Source of the DNA: Pseudogymnoascus verrucosus
Taxonomy: Eukaryota
DNA length: 64,000 bases
Assembly (NCBI GenBank): GCA_001662655.1
Contig: KV460283.1
Direction: 5' to 3' (one strand)
Position numbers and translations under genes: made by a program. Each line of letters starts with the position of its first letter. Positions within the stretch are counted from its first letter, which is position 1. Below are positions 36,865-48,411 of the stretch, one piece after another. Below the pieces are notes generated by a model. It worked only from the letters and a program-made list of their open reading frames with translations, had not been told where the DNA came from and made no database searches.

Positions 36865-38655
36865 ATGTCGGCTTCACTGCTGTCGCAAGCTGGGGTCAGA
36901 GGCGACAACGACGGTGTGAGTGTCCGAATCAGTGAAAAGGCCGAGTTCGAAGGCTTTATTTCCGCTCTAGGGGTGGCCCATTTTCTCGGCGTCCAGTTCG
37001 CGCGTATCCCTGCTCGTTTCCGTCAGGCTCAACTCCTTCCCCCCGAAAGTCATTGTGCCACAGTGGATGCCACAGAATATGGGCCAATCTGCCCTCAGGC
37101 TCCTGACAATCTTCGCAGCATTCGGCAGCACCTCTTTGCTGGTGCGCCTGCCGCGAACTTGGCACAATCCGAGTATGATTGCCTCCGGTTGAATATATAC
37201 GCGCCTAAATCGGTCATTTCGTCCGGGAACAAGGTGCCTGTTCTTGTGTGGATTCATGGAGGTGGGTGGTCAATTGAAAACGGGAACGCTGACTTCTGTA
37301 AGCAAGCAAATCCTTCTATCAAAGACACATCCCCCCCCATTCTCTCTCTCTCTCTGCACCTGGTGGTCTACTGATGAGGTCACTAGCTGGCGACTTTCTA
37401 GTACACCACTCGATTGAGACAGGTAAGCCGATAGTGTTTGTATCCATAAACTATCGGATGGGGTCCTTCGGGTTCTTGTCTTCATCAGAACTCGCAGCAG
37501 AGGCAGTCAGTCATGGAGAAGCAGGATGGGCAAACCAGGGTCTCAACGACCAACGTATTGGGCTTCAATGGGTTCGTCAATTGTCTTCTACCCGATATAC
37601 TCCTCGTCGCTCACCACTTACAGGTCAAAGACTACATTCACATGTTCGGAGGTGACGGCTCTAACGTAACGATTGCCGGAGAGTCCGCCGGAGCCTGGTC
37701 TGTCCTAGCTCATCTGCGATCAAACCAGGCCCTTTGTCAGCGCGGGATCATGCAATCAGCTCCATCTTGGTCCATGCTCCGACCAGAAGAGGCACAGGGG
37801 AAATTCGACCGACTAGTGCAGCGTGCCGGGATCCCTCTCACTGCCACGGCTTCGCAGAGGATTGCTGCATTACGGACAGCCTCCACGGAGGACTTGATTG
37901 CATGGAACGGGCCGCTGACATCTCCGATTTGGGATCCAAAATGGTTTGTCGGCCATGCCTTGCCAGAGGCTCCCCTCGACTGTGTGGAGCCATTTCCCAA
38001 CTGGGTTCAGGCAATCGTAACAGGTACAATGCGAGACGAAATGTCGGTATTTGGGTTTGAAAAGTTTTGGCAAACCAAGGTATCCGTGATCTCCAGCCTA
38101 CGTAATGTCCTGTCTCTACCAAGCGACCTTTCCTTCGGTTCCGAGATACTGGAAGAATATGGCGTCCTGGAAGCCAGGTCAGACACAGCGGCAGTGCAAG
38201 CACTTACTAGTCTCCTTGGCGATGCTTGCTTCTCGCGTCTGCCGTTCAACGTTGCCAGCGCTTGTAGTAACCCCAACTCACCATCACTGTATATTTACCG
38301 ATTTGATCAGTCCGATGAGGAGGAGGGTAGTCTGCTCAACGGAGCTGCCTTCCATACGCTGGATAACACTTACTTGTGCCGTTACCCCGCGGTCGCTGGC
38401 TCTGCAGCCCCACGCTCCTGTCAAATTACAGCGGATATGTTCTCGCAGATGGTTCTCCGCCACACATACGGCGAGCCTCCCTGGCAGGCGTACGGCATTT
38501 CGCATGCACAAAATGTCTTTGATGGAGCATACACTCGACTTGAGACCGTCAGTCATGATTGCCAGCGCTGGAGGAAGCTGTTGACCAGTCAAGACCGAAC
38601 GAACAGATTTGCGAGATTGTTTTTTGATTTTATCACTCAAGGACCGGGGCGGTGA
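36865..38655 (+). CDS. Type B carboxylesterase/lipase (alpha/beta hydrolase), no signal peptide evident; exons 36865-37297, 37387-37571, 37624-38655; 549 aa
   Basis: YGPICPQ, SEYDCLRLNIY, oxyanion VWIHGGGW, INYRMGSFGF, NQGLNDQ and nucleophile elbow GESAG. Confidence 0.92.
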
Positions 38656-39883
38656 GGTATTCATAAGCCGAGTATGGGCCATGACCTTCGAAACGTTTGC
38701 GAGAAGCTTTTTCTCGATCTCGGGGATGATGACAAGAAGCCATTTGTGGCATTGTCTAGGGCGCAAAGAAGAGTTACAGAAGGAGCAAGGGAAGAGTCAA
38801 ACATGTCCCTTCCCCCACAATTGCCCAGTTCTTAATATTATAAAATAATGTCTTGTTTCTGGATAGGAAATTTGATCAGGATTGGCACTTGCGGGTTGTG
38901 TTTCTCAAAACTGTTTGCTCCTTCCTATGATCTGTTTCAGTGGAAGAGGAGGGAGACTCTGTGGAGTACGTGACGGATCGTAGTGTGGAGGAAGCCATTT
39001 TTGTCCCCGCATTTTTCTCAGCGGGGGTACGACTACGCTCTTCAGTAGTAAATTGAAGCCGACGTTACCCTGTGACCAGGATATATAGCCGTTGGGAATT
39101 GGCGCCATAATATCATATCTCCGCATTTGATCACATCCTTCTACAATCAGTCCAGGAAACTGCGAGTGGGCTATCGGTCAAAACAACCTAAGTCTTCCAA
39201 GATTCAAGTCTGTTCGCTTACCTAATCTTGTAGTGCCAGACAACCGCTTTTGGCAGTTCTGGGGCTTTGACATAGCAAACGAAAGCACACTAAAAACCAT
39301 GTTAACTGGCAGTGTGCAGACGAAATATGCACAGAGTGCTCTATGAATTATATGTTCGTGCCACAAACCGGAGTGGATAGCAACTGTTGTTATAGAAGTG
39401 TCACACTATCTGCTTGACTGTTTATCCTGGGCTTGCATTTGGGCAAAATGTGCCATCACATGTAATGGTTGGTTGTTCAGGGCCCTTGCGGAAAATGCCC
39501 ATATATATACTTCGAAGTCGCGAGGTGCTTGCAGGGAACCTAAACCAACCGCCGTTTGGAACTTCCGAAGGCCCTAAACCTCAATAACCAATGATAGCGC
39601 GGTAACCCTGTTAGTCATCTCAGGCTTCCACCGAATAACTAACCGACCAACCAGAGCCTTAGAAGCCTTAGCCTTAGAAGCCTTGGCCTTTCTATTTTCA
39701 GTTCCCAGTTCCACTCATTTTCGTTCCTAGTCCAAACCCAAATGCGGGGAACAGAGGACGACACCGAAGCAGATGGCACACCTAGGGCACCCCTAGGGCA
39801 CCGTGAACTATTATCCTTGGCCAGAGTTTCTTCAAAGCACCACATTCGATCGCGGACGAAACACCTCTCTCCCACGGACCAGC

Positions 39884-42094
39884 ATGGTCTCTCCAGCCGG
39901 CGGGAAGCAGCGGCTGCGAGCCTTCAAGGCTTGCCAGAGATGCAGCGCGCGCAAGGTTAAATGTGATGCCGCCGAGCTTGGCTGTCCTTGTAGCCGATGC
40001 TGCTTGGACAATGTCGCCGAGTGTACACTGGTTACCTCCCGCCGAGGCACTTATGATCGAAGAACTTTCCGACGGCAGGTGGCGAAGCCTGGTGCATCTT
40101 TACGATCATCGCCACCACCATCAGCGTTACAGCCCTTATCTCATAGTCCGTCAACTGCTCAGGTTAGCCCCCAGTCGCGTTTAGATGCATCCAGCGGCCG
40201 CGGTAGAGTTGAGGCTGCTACCTTACCCCAGTTCGTCGCAAGGGAGACAACGACGATCTCCACTCCTACGAGATATCCACAGGAAATAGTTTCGAATTTA
40301 GATCAACCAGCCAGTGACCCTCATGCCGTGGATCTAAATCGCTCACCTTACAGTTTACCCTCTACCTCCTTGGCTGATTCCTTAGGCAACCAGTCACTGG
40401 CGACCATGTTCGAAGATTTCCTCGACCAGGCGGGCCACGAAAACTTGTGCAAGGCGAAGCTAGTTCTGTTCGGGGAGCCTTCGCCCTTGACTTTTGCCCT
40501 ACAGCTACGGAGGGACATGAACTCGGGCCTCCACGATGCCAACCAACGTCACTTGACTAGTGATTCGCTGGCCGTCGTTGAAGAAGATGTCCATCCGAAG
40601 CACCTACGCCCGCATGACATTGAGTGTCTGAAGGCGAAGGGGGCGTTCGTTTACCCAGAAACGGAATCTTTGGAGGAGATAATTAACGTCTTCTTGGATC
40701 GATTCTATCCCCTATACTCCGTCGTGAATCCGACGGAGTTACGCAAGGCGCAGCAGGATAAAAGGCTACCATGGATCTTGCTCCATTCCATTTGTTTTAT
40801 TGCGATGACTTTCTGCGAGTCTGCCACAATCTACAAGGCTGGGTTTAATTCTCGCGCACAAGCACGTCAGCTCTACTATGATCGAGCCAAGGCTCTTTTT
40901 GATTTTAATTACGAGAATAGTAAAATAATCCTAGTCAAGGTGGCAATCCTGCTCAGTTTTAAGGGCCCGCAGATGGATTTGTACTGGAACCCATGCTCGT
41001 GGATCGAGATTGGGGTGACGATGGCCGTGGCCCTTGGAATGCACCGCAAATCTGTTGCAGTTGATGGGGAATCAAATGATCGGGGCCTGCTCAGGCGGTT
41101 ATGGTGGACGTTAGCCGTCCGCGATGCCCACTGTTCCGCGCTGTTGGGACGACCATTCCGTATCAATATGGCCCAGTGCGACGTTGAAGCGTTAACGGAG
41201 GCTGACTTCCCCGACGAGCACGCGTGTCAATCCGCGACGGTACCCTTAAGCTGCAGCTGCCGCGAGTCGTTCGAGTACCAGATTCAGGCTACGAAGTTAT
41301 CACTTATCCTCCGAAATATCATGTACTTCCGGTTTGGGCCGACCAGTGTAAGTTCTACAACTGATCTAATCCACGAGCAACTCGCCGCCTGGAAAGCAAA
41401 GCTCCCAGCCGCTATGCAATACCTGCCAGGCAAATCCTCTGTGTCGACATTGGCCGTGCAACTCGATGTCCTGCTCAATTATCACATTATGCTCCTCCAT
41501 ATGGACCAACCCCGACAATCGAGACCTAATCCGTCGTCGCTCTCGACCTCGCTGCCCGGAGGCTACGATTGCACTGCCATTACAGAGTCATCGGCCCTAG
41601 CGGTCTCTTCTAGCGCATTCAAACTCACGACGCGGACTTCTATCTGCAACATCCCCCACGAAGTGTTCCCTGGGTTTTTCATGGCAGGAATCATTCTCTA
41701 CCAAAAGGCACAACAGGCGCAGAACAGTCATCTAGCGAAAATGATCCAAGCCAGCTTCGACAACTGCCAAATGCTATTGATTCAAGCGCAGAATACCTGG
41801 GACCCGGGGGTCTGGGCAATGAAGGCTTTTGAATTTATTCTGTTTCCTACAGACGCATCTGATGCTGCAGAAGCTCAGGTGCCGTCAGGGAGCAGTCATC
41901 GCTACCGAATGAGTACGCCGTCCTTGGGCGTTAATAACGCTTCCTCGACCCAACCCCAGGCTTCAGGATATTCAAATATCGAAAATTACGCTTGGTCGGA
42001 GACTGACGCCATGGGTTTTGATGGGAACGTGCCGGTGGACTTGGCAGACTATATGCTTCTGCCCAATTTTTTCGGCCCACCATTCGACACCTAG
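39884..42094 (+). CDS. Zn(II)2Cys6 transcription factor, paralogue of 18576-20789 (CTF1-beta/FarB-like), 736 aa
   Basis: ACQRCSARKVKCDAAELGCPCSRCCLDNVAEC cluster. Shares SPLTFAL, HPxHLxPxDI, GPQMxxYWNPCSWI, VRDAxCxALLGRP and PHExFxGFF with the first TF. Confidence 0.92.
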   Translation: MVSPAGGKQRLRAFKACQRCSARKVKCDAAELGCPCSRCCLDNVAECTLVTSRRGTYDRRTFRRQVAKPGASLRSSPPPSALQPLSHSPSTAQVSPQSRLDASSGRGRVEAATLPQFVARETTTISTPTRYPQEIVSNLDQPASDPHAVDLNRSPYSLPSTSLADSLGNQSLATMFEDFLDQAGHENLCKAKLVLFGEPSPLTFALQLRRDMNSGLHDANQRHLTSDSLAVVEEDVHPKHLRPHDIECLKAKGAFVYPETESLEEIINVFLDRFYPLYSVVNPTELRKAQQDKRLPWILLHSICFIAMTFCESATIYKAGFNSRAQARQLYYDRAKALFDFNYENSKIILVKVAILLSFKGPQMDLYWNPCSWIEIGVTMAVALGMHRKSVAVDGESNDRGLLRRLWWTLAVRDAHCSALLGRPFRINMAQCDVEALTEADFPDEHACQSATVPLSCSCRESFEYQIQATKLSLILRNIMYFRFGPTSVSSTTDLIHEQLAAWKAKLPAAMQYLPGKSSVSTLAVQLDVLLNYHIMLLHMDQPRQSRPNPSSLSTSLPGGYDCTAITESSALAVSSSAFKLTTRTSICNIPHEVFPGFFMAGIILYQKAQQAQNSHLAKMIQASFDNCQMLLIQAQNTWDPGVWAMKAFEFILFPTDASDAAEAQVPSGSSHRYRMSTPSLGVNNASSTQPQASGYSNIENYAWSETDAMGFDGNVPVDLADYMLLPNFFGPPFDT

Positions 42095-42549
42095 ACCGAA
42101 CTTGTGGTTCTCTATATCTTGTCGGCTTATAGTTAACTATAGTGTGATTGTATTTCAAGTAATTGGCACATAACAACAATAAACTGGTGATTTGATTCTG
42201 ATATTTAAGATTCCGGGGTGGAGGATCATTAGGTGGAGGATCGTTCGGTTTCTCGTAGTTCGAGAGCTTTTTCTAGGCGCCATGTATTTCCTCTGTGTCA
42301 CGTGCATGGAAAAGGCAAATCACATGGTGATAGAGAAGATAAAATAAATTTGAGGCGAAGCCAACTATCAACTACTTAACCCTAGCTTTGTGAATAACTA
42401 TGTCATTTCTATGTTGGTAGAGCTCCTTCGGAATCCAAACATGATACTTCCTCCCCGAGAATCGCTAGCCGGCTCTTTTATACCTTTCATGGCGTCTTTT
42501 TCAGCCCTGGAAAATTAGCTAATAGAGATAAATGGGCTACAATTTTAGA

Positions 42550-45500
42550 AAGAGCAGCTATCTGCTGGTTACTACCTGATGATACCAGTAAACATAGCCC
42601 TTAATTTTCTACTACAAAGTGTCACTACGCATAGGTATAGGCCATAGGGTTAAGTTGTTAAAATTCTATTCTTATTTAAGTATAGTATAGCGCTCTTCTA
42701 GGGGCTAGATTTAGAGTCATCCATTCGTTCCCTAGTAGTCCCTCTAGTTAGCAGTGCGTTCTAGCTAGTTACGCTAGAATTAAACATACTAAAATAGGCT
42801 TAGATTAACACATCTAGCTGTTCTATGTTAGCTTTTAGTAGATTTCTTCTTATATCTGTCTTATATAGTAAATCTCATAGCTAATCTATAAGGACATAGG
42901 GTACTATATTATAAGAAGTTGTATATAGGAGTGTAAGTTAGATAGAAGTTAGTGTAATCCTATAGGTCTACTATAAAGGATATAAAAAAGATAAAGGGGG
43001 AACCCTCTGTTCCTGTTTCCTTCTATACCTAAAACCCCTCTAACTTAACTAACCCCCTATTTACCTAAGGCTTCCTTACGCTATATACCTAAGGCTTATA
43101 GTTGTAATTAAACTATAACTGCCCTAAGTCTTAGGGGCAGCATGTAACGACTATAACTAACCTAAGTAAGGAGGTATCCTTATACTACCCCCTACCTTTA
43201 AAGGGTGCTTTGTCCTTAAAGTATACATATAGAACTCTATGTTTAGTTTATTATATAAGTTATAGGTGTTATAGCCTAAGTTGTTGCTAAGGAGGGTAGA
43301 GGAGTAGGTATTTCTTTATTTAAGGTAGTAAGTTATATGTGAGGGTCTAGGTTAGTATTAAATTAAGTCTAATTAGGGCTATAGACTCTAGATTGTTTGT
43401 ATAAGGAGAGATAGATTGCACTAAACCTAATTTAGACAGCTTTATTATAAGCTAGAATATAAAATTAAGGTTTACCTACTTCCTATTGTTTTCTTTATAA
43501 CAACATACTAAATGTTATAGCTAAAACATACAACCTATATACTATAAGATAGAGTAATAGGGTAAAATAGCTTATAGCTAACTAGTAGTAGGAAATAGAC
43601 ATAGAGATTGTAGGTAGCTTAGTTAATAAGGGCACCTTTAGGAAAAGGTACCTTTCTTAGAGGGTACCTAGTAAAAGAGAGGTGCCTATTAGGAAAGGCA
43701 CCTATATAGAGTAAGGTGCCTCCCTAGAAAGGCACCTATAGGAATTAGCACCTACAATAAGTATAGCACCTCTTATAGGACATATATGTAATAGAACTAT
43801 AAGAACTATTAGAACTCTTATAGTTCCTATAGTTCCTTATAGTCCCCTTTAGTACAACGCTACTATATAAGTAGATAGTTATTCCTTAGATAGGAGCTTC
43901 GTGCTTAACTTAATATAGTATTTATTATATATTATAACGTGTTTTATAAAAGCCTTTAGTGTCTAATCCCCTACCTCCTCTATTAAGTAAACTAACGTAA
44001 TAAAACCTCTATAAGTCTTATAGTTTAAGACCTAGCGTTATACTAAACCCCCCTCTAAGACTAGTAAGTAGCCTCTCCTAAACAAAGAGAAGGATACTAA
44101 TTAATTGTTTTTAGATATAAAACCAATTTAAACGATTTAGTAGGTTAAGGAACTACGCTAGCATAGTAGTAATAACTTAGGCTAGGCTAATAGGAAATTA
44201 TAGATTTCTAATTTAAAGATGCTAGTTCCTATGCCCTCTAGGGCCTTTATAGATGCCTTCTACATTATGTACATCTACTGCCTTTAGGTAATTTCCTATA
44301 GGGCTATAGCCTATACTTATATCTAGTCCCTAACTAGCTTAAAGTGTAGTTACTATACTTTATAGCATTCTATATATGTTCTAGTAGGTTTCCTATTACT
44401 CTTTAGTTTTGCATTTAGCTTCTTTTTAGGTTCGTTTAGTATTAACTTAGTAGGAATAGCTACCTTAGTTTATTAGGCCTAAGTTTACTAACCTCTTTAC
44501 TACTAAAGCAGCTACCCCCCTTGTCCTAAACAACGTTGTTGCTACTGCTATTAAGGCTAACTACATCCTATTACTTACTACTACCTCTATCCCTAAGTTC
44601 TAGAACAAGGCAACTTAAGACCTCTATAAGGAGGCCTATGTAACTTACATAGCCCTTAAGTCTCTTAATTTAAGACTTAAGGTAAGTAAATCTCCTTTCT
44701 TAGTAGGGTATTAGTACTAGCCTAGGTTAAGTTGTTTATTTGTTACTATACTGTCTTTAAATAGAGTAGTTAGAGGTTCCTAGCCTCCTAAAGGAGGTAG
44801 TAAACGTAGTAGAGGTAGGTACTGCTATTGTTGCTACTACTATAAAGTTAGTCCTAGCACCTACCTCCTATAGGAAAGAGAAGGAGAAGGAGAAAGAGGT
44901 AGAGAATAGGGTTAGGGCCTCCTATAGAGAGTAGGGGGTAGGCCCTATATTAGAGGGAACTTAGGTGTAGTCTTTTATATAGGGTTACTTTAACCCTTTG
45001 TCTCTTATAGTAGTAGCTGCTTGTTATAACGCTAGTAAGACGTTTAGGAAGGGTAGCTTCTATAAGGGCTATAGCTCTAAGGGTGCCCTAGCTTAGAGGG
45101 TGTTTAGTTAGTGTTATAGGTAGTAACAATGCTATTTTCCTCTACTTTACTATGCCTCTTATTATAAGGGTTTAGTAGAAGCGTGCTATAGCTATAGGCT
45201 CTAGTAATAGAAATGGTATTTAATAGACTAATCTCTAAGCCCTCCCTATAGGGGGCTTAGCTACTCTTATCTACTACTTTGTAGTTAGGTCCCTACTAAC
45301 TTAGTAGTAGGTTAGTAGTACATGCCACCCTCTTACTAGCTATAGGGCATAGGGTATGTAGGTATATAGGCATAACTACTATAGAATGCCTAAGGCACTA
45401 GTCCCCTAGCCCTAGTCCCTAGGCCTACATTGCCCCTAAGTTAGGCCTCTTACTATACCTATAACAAAACTCCTAATTTAACTCCCCTCTTTTACTAGAG

Positions 45501-46010
45501 ATAGTGTTTAGTTATTCTAGTTATTAAATAACTACTACTTAGCTAGGGTAACATCTATTAGACTAAATTAGCTCTACTATTAGAAATTTATACTCTAAAG
45601 AATATTATCCTAATTACCTATTAACTTTACTATAGCTATCTTAGTACTTAGTAGAATATATCTCTTTTTATAGTAAAGATATAGCTATATATACCTATAA
45701 AATAATAGCTTAAGGTAAGGATAGTATATCTTCTACTAAAAGGGATTTAGAATAACAGCTACTACTAGGTAGCTTACTATTAATAGCTATATATAACATA
45801 GTAGATTGTTTATTTAATTAACTAAGGTTTTTGCCCCTTATCTAATAGTCTAGTTATACTAGATCTTTAGATAGTCCCTAATATAAAACAGTTATAGTAG
45901 GGAACCTAGGTATAATATAATTAAGGGTTACCCTACTCCTACTATTATAGTTAAGATAAGTTGTATATAGGTAAGCCTTACTTATAATTTAGGTATATTT
46001 TACTAGCTAT
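42550..46010. repeat. Heavily RIP-degraded repeat remnants of unresolved family
   Basis: TpA-rich DNA without ORFs. 43425-44330 matches 2492-2860 directly, and 45165-45360 matches ~1490-1690 in inverted orientation. Confidence 0.7.
43513..44042 (+). mobile_element. Solo LTR (same Gypsy family)
   Basis: TGTTATAGC...CCTAGCGTTATA, 530 bp, TSD CTAAA on both sides. Confidence 0.9.
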
Positions 46011-46016
46011 TACATA

Positions 46017-48411
46017 TGTTCTAGGCCACTTACAAATAGATTGAATTTGCAAATGGTCTAGGCCACCTATAAATATCTATGTTTGTAAATGGCCTAGGCT
46101 ATTTACAAATAGTTAGATCCACCTAGGCTACTTGCAAATCGTAGGAGTAGCAGTGTAGAAATATATACCTATTATCACCTATTCCTAATTCCTAATTCCT
46201 AGTTCCTCATTCTAAACTATTAACTGTTAATATAGATAATTCGATTTCTTCTATTAATCCATTTCCTAACGATGTACGTATTGCATTTCAATCCTATATC
46301 TAGAGGCCTAACTACGTCAATTAAGAACGAATCCTATATGTAAAATAGCGCTAGTTGCATATATTCATTAACAACCCTAATCTTAAGCTAGAGAATCCTA
46401 CTAAGTCTAGATTAAAGCATCGTGCACTTACTAAATTCCAACTTATTAATAATAGGCTATATTAAAAGCCTAATTCTAAGTTTCAAAACCTAAGATATGT
46501 AGTTCTAGAGAGTAAGGCCTTTAATACTATTACTAATAAACACCTACAACTACTCTATGTTAGTTAAGAGAAGGCTTAGGCAGCTATTTAATAAAAATAC
46601 TATGGAATTAATCGCTAGGAAGTTGCATTTATACTAAAGCTATGCAAGAACTGTGCTTTAAATAGGCTAGTAGCAACTAAAGCACCATTAGTCCTAATTA
46701 TTACTAAATGGGTGTAGGAACAGGTTTAAATTAACTTAATTAATATGTAGCATAAGCCTTTAGGCTAATTTAAATGGATTCTACATATTAAAGACTACTT
46801 TTTAAAATATACCTAGCTATATCCATTAAAGAGCAAGCACGTAGAGCTAATTACAGAGGCCTTTACTCTCTTTATTATAGCATTCTTACCACCTAAGATT
46901 ATATAATCTAATAACGGAAAGGAATTTAAAGGGGCTCTACTTATTCTATTGTGAAAGTATAGGATTTAGATTATTAATAGAGCACTATAGTCACTACAAA
47001 CACAAGGCTTAGTTAAACAAGTAAATAGAGTTGTTAAAGTAAAGATATAAGCTTAGAAAATGGATAACGGATTAACAGAGTAGGTAAATGGGTTGCTAGA
47101 AGTTATACTAGCAATGAACACTTAAAAGCATTCTATAATTAGGTGTACACTAGTAGAGTTGCTATTTTAAGAGCGTACATTATATATCAACTAGCTTAAT
47201 AGCTAGAAGCAGAAGGATCTTACTATTAGGATTGCTTAAGAAGACTCTACTTAAGCTCTAATATACGCCCTAAGCCTAAGTCCACTAGCCTAAGCTAGCT
47301 TAAGAATTGATATTAGAATTCACTAAGGGAACTCTTAAATTACAATGCAAATTAGCCTAGACGCTGGCTTAGAAATCAACCTACGAATTACACTACTGAT
47401 TTAGAGCTCTCTAATTAATGAGTGGTTTGACATTAATGCCTATAAACCCTAGAGCAAACCCTAGAGCAAACTACAGAGCGAACTATAGAGCAAACCACAG
47501 AGCGAGCTATAGAGCGAGCCTAAGAGCAAGCTATAGAGCGAACCACAGAGCGAGCCTAAGAGCGAACTACAGAGCGAGCTATAGAGCGAACCACAAAGCG
47601 AGCCTAAGAGTGAGCTTAAGCTCTAAGCTCAGCTTAAGCGTAGGAGCAGGAGCTAGGCTTAGGCATAAGATCTAGTAATTCAACAGGCTATAGAATCTAC
47701 CTAGAAAGCAAGAGCCTAGATAGTGCGAAAGTACACAAAGAAGCATGATATTAAGCACTTTAATATTAGGGCAATAGTCTCCTTAAAGGTTCTAAGAGAA
47801 GATAGAACATTAACTAATAATAAGCAGCTCTTTGCACGTATATTAGATGAACCTTACTCTTATAGGTATAAGGTTGTAACCTTGTCTAGTATTATTAAAC
47901 ACCTTATTCCTACTAAAGAGCTAGGGGTTGTAGAGCAAGCTCTATAGTTAGATATTATTATTCCTAATTCTATAAAGAAAGTTACACTTATGCTAGCTGT
48001 AAGAGAGGCTTCTATAAGTGTATAGGTAGGAATATATGTTAGTATAAGGGGGACTGTAATACAAAGCAGTGTAGGTGCTATAAGGAGGGCAAACAGTGTA
48101 GCGTACACTGCTATAGAGATGAGCATAACTATAGTAACTTATTAGGTCTAGCTATTTAGATAGAAATAGCTCTAGTTAAGAGACCTAGGAGGAAGTGGGC
48201 TAGAGCTGATACATTTAGAAACACAGTTTAGATTAATATAATATTTCTACCTTCTTACTACTCCTACAATTCACAAGTAGCCTAGGTAGATCTAACTATT
48301 TGCAAATGGCCTAGGCCATTTACAAACATAGATATTTATAGGTAGCCTAGGCCATTTGCAAATGGCCTAGACCATTTGCAAATTCGATCTATTTGTAAGT
48401 GGCCTAGAACA
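46017..48411 (+). mobile_element. Ginger-type DNA transposon (retroviral-like integrase with TIRs), RIP-inactivated
   Basis: TGT...ACA termini, ~130-150 bp TIRs, flanks CATA/TATA (a 4-bp TSD with one RIP-type change). The remnant ORF has LCKNC, FKWILHIKD, DNGKEFKGAL-like and QTQGLV segments and a Cys-rich C-terminus. Confidence 0.8.
47445..47640 (+). repeat. 12-bp tandem repeat (about 15 degenerate units) inside the Ginger-type ORF
   Basis: Units of the form (C/T)A(C/T)AGAGC(G/A)A(A/G)C read directly. Confidence 0.85.

Noticed and set aside
5871..42094. Secondary-metabolite biosynthetic cluster
   Set aside because: No PKS, NRPS, terpene cyclase or prenyltransferase is present. The enzyme set, importer-type transporters and CreA-type motifs fit catabolism better.
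47418..47675. ORF with RANY/RASY repeats, or a CRISPR-like array
   Set aside because: It is a 12-bp tandem repeat with no spacers inside a RIP-damaged transposon, and the translation is an incidental frame.
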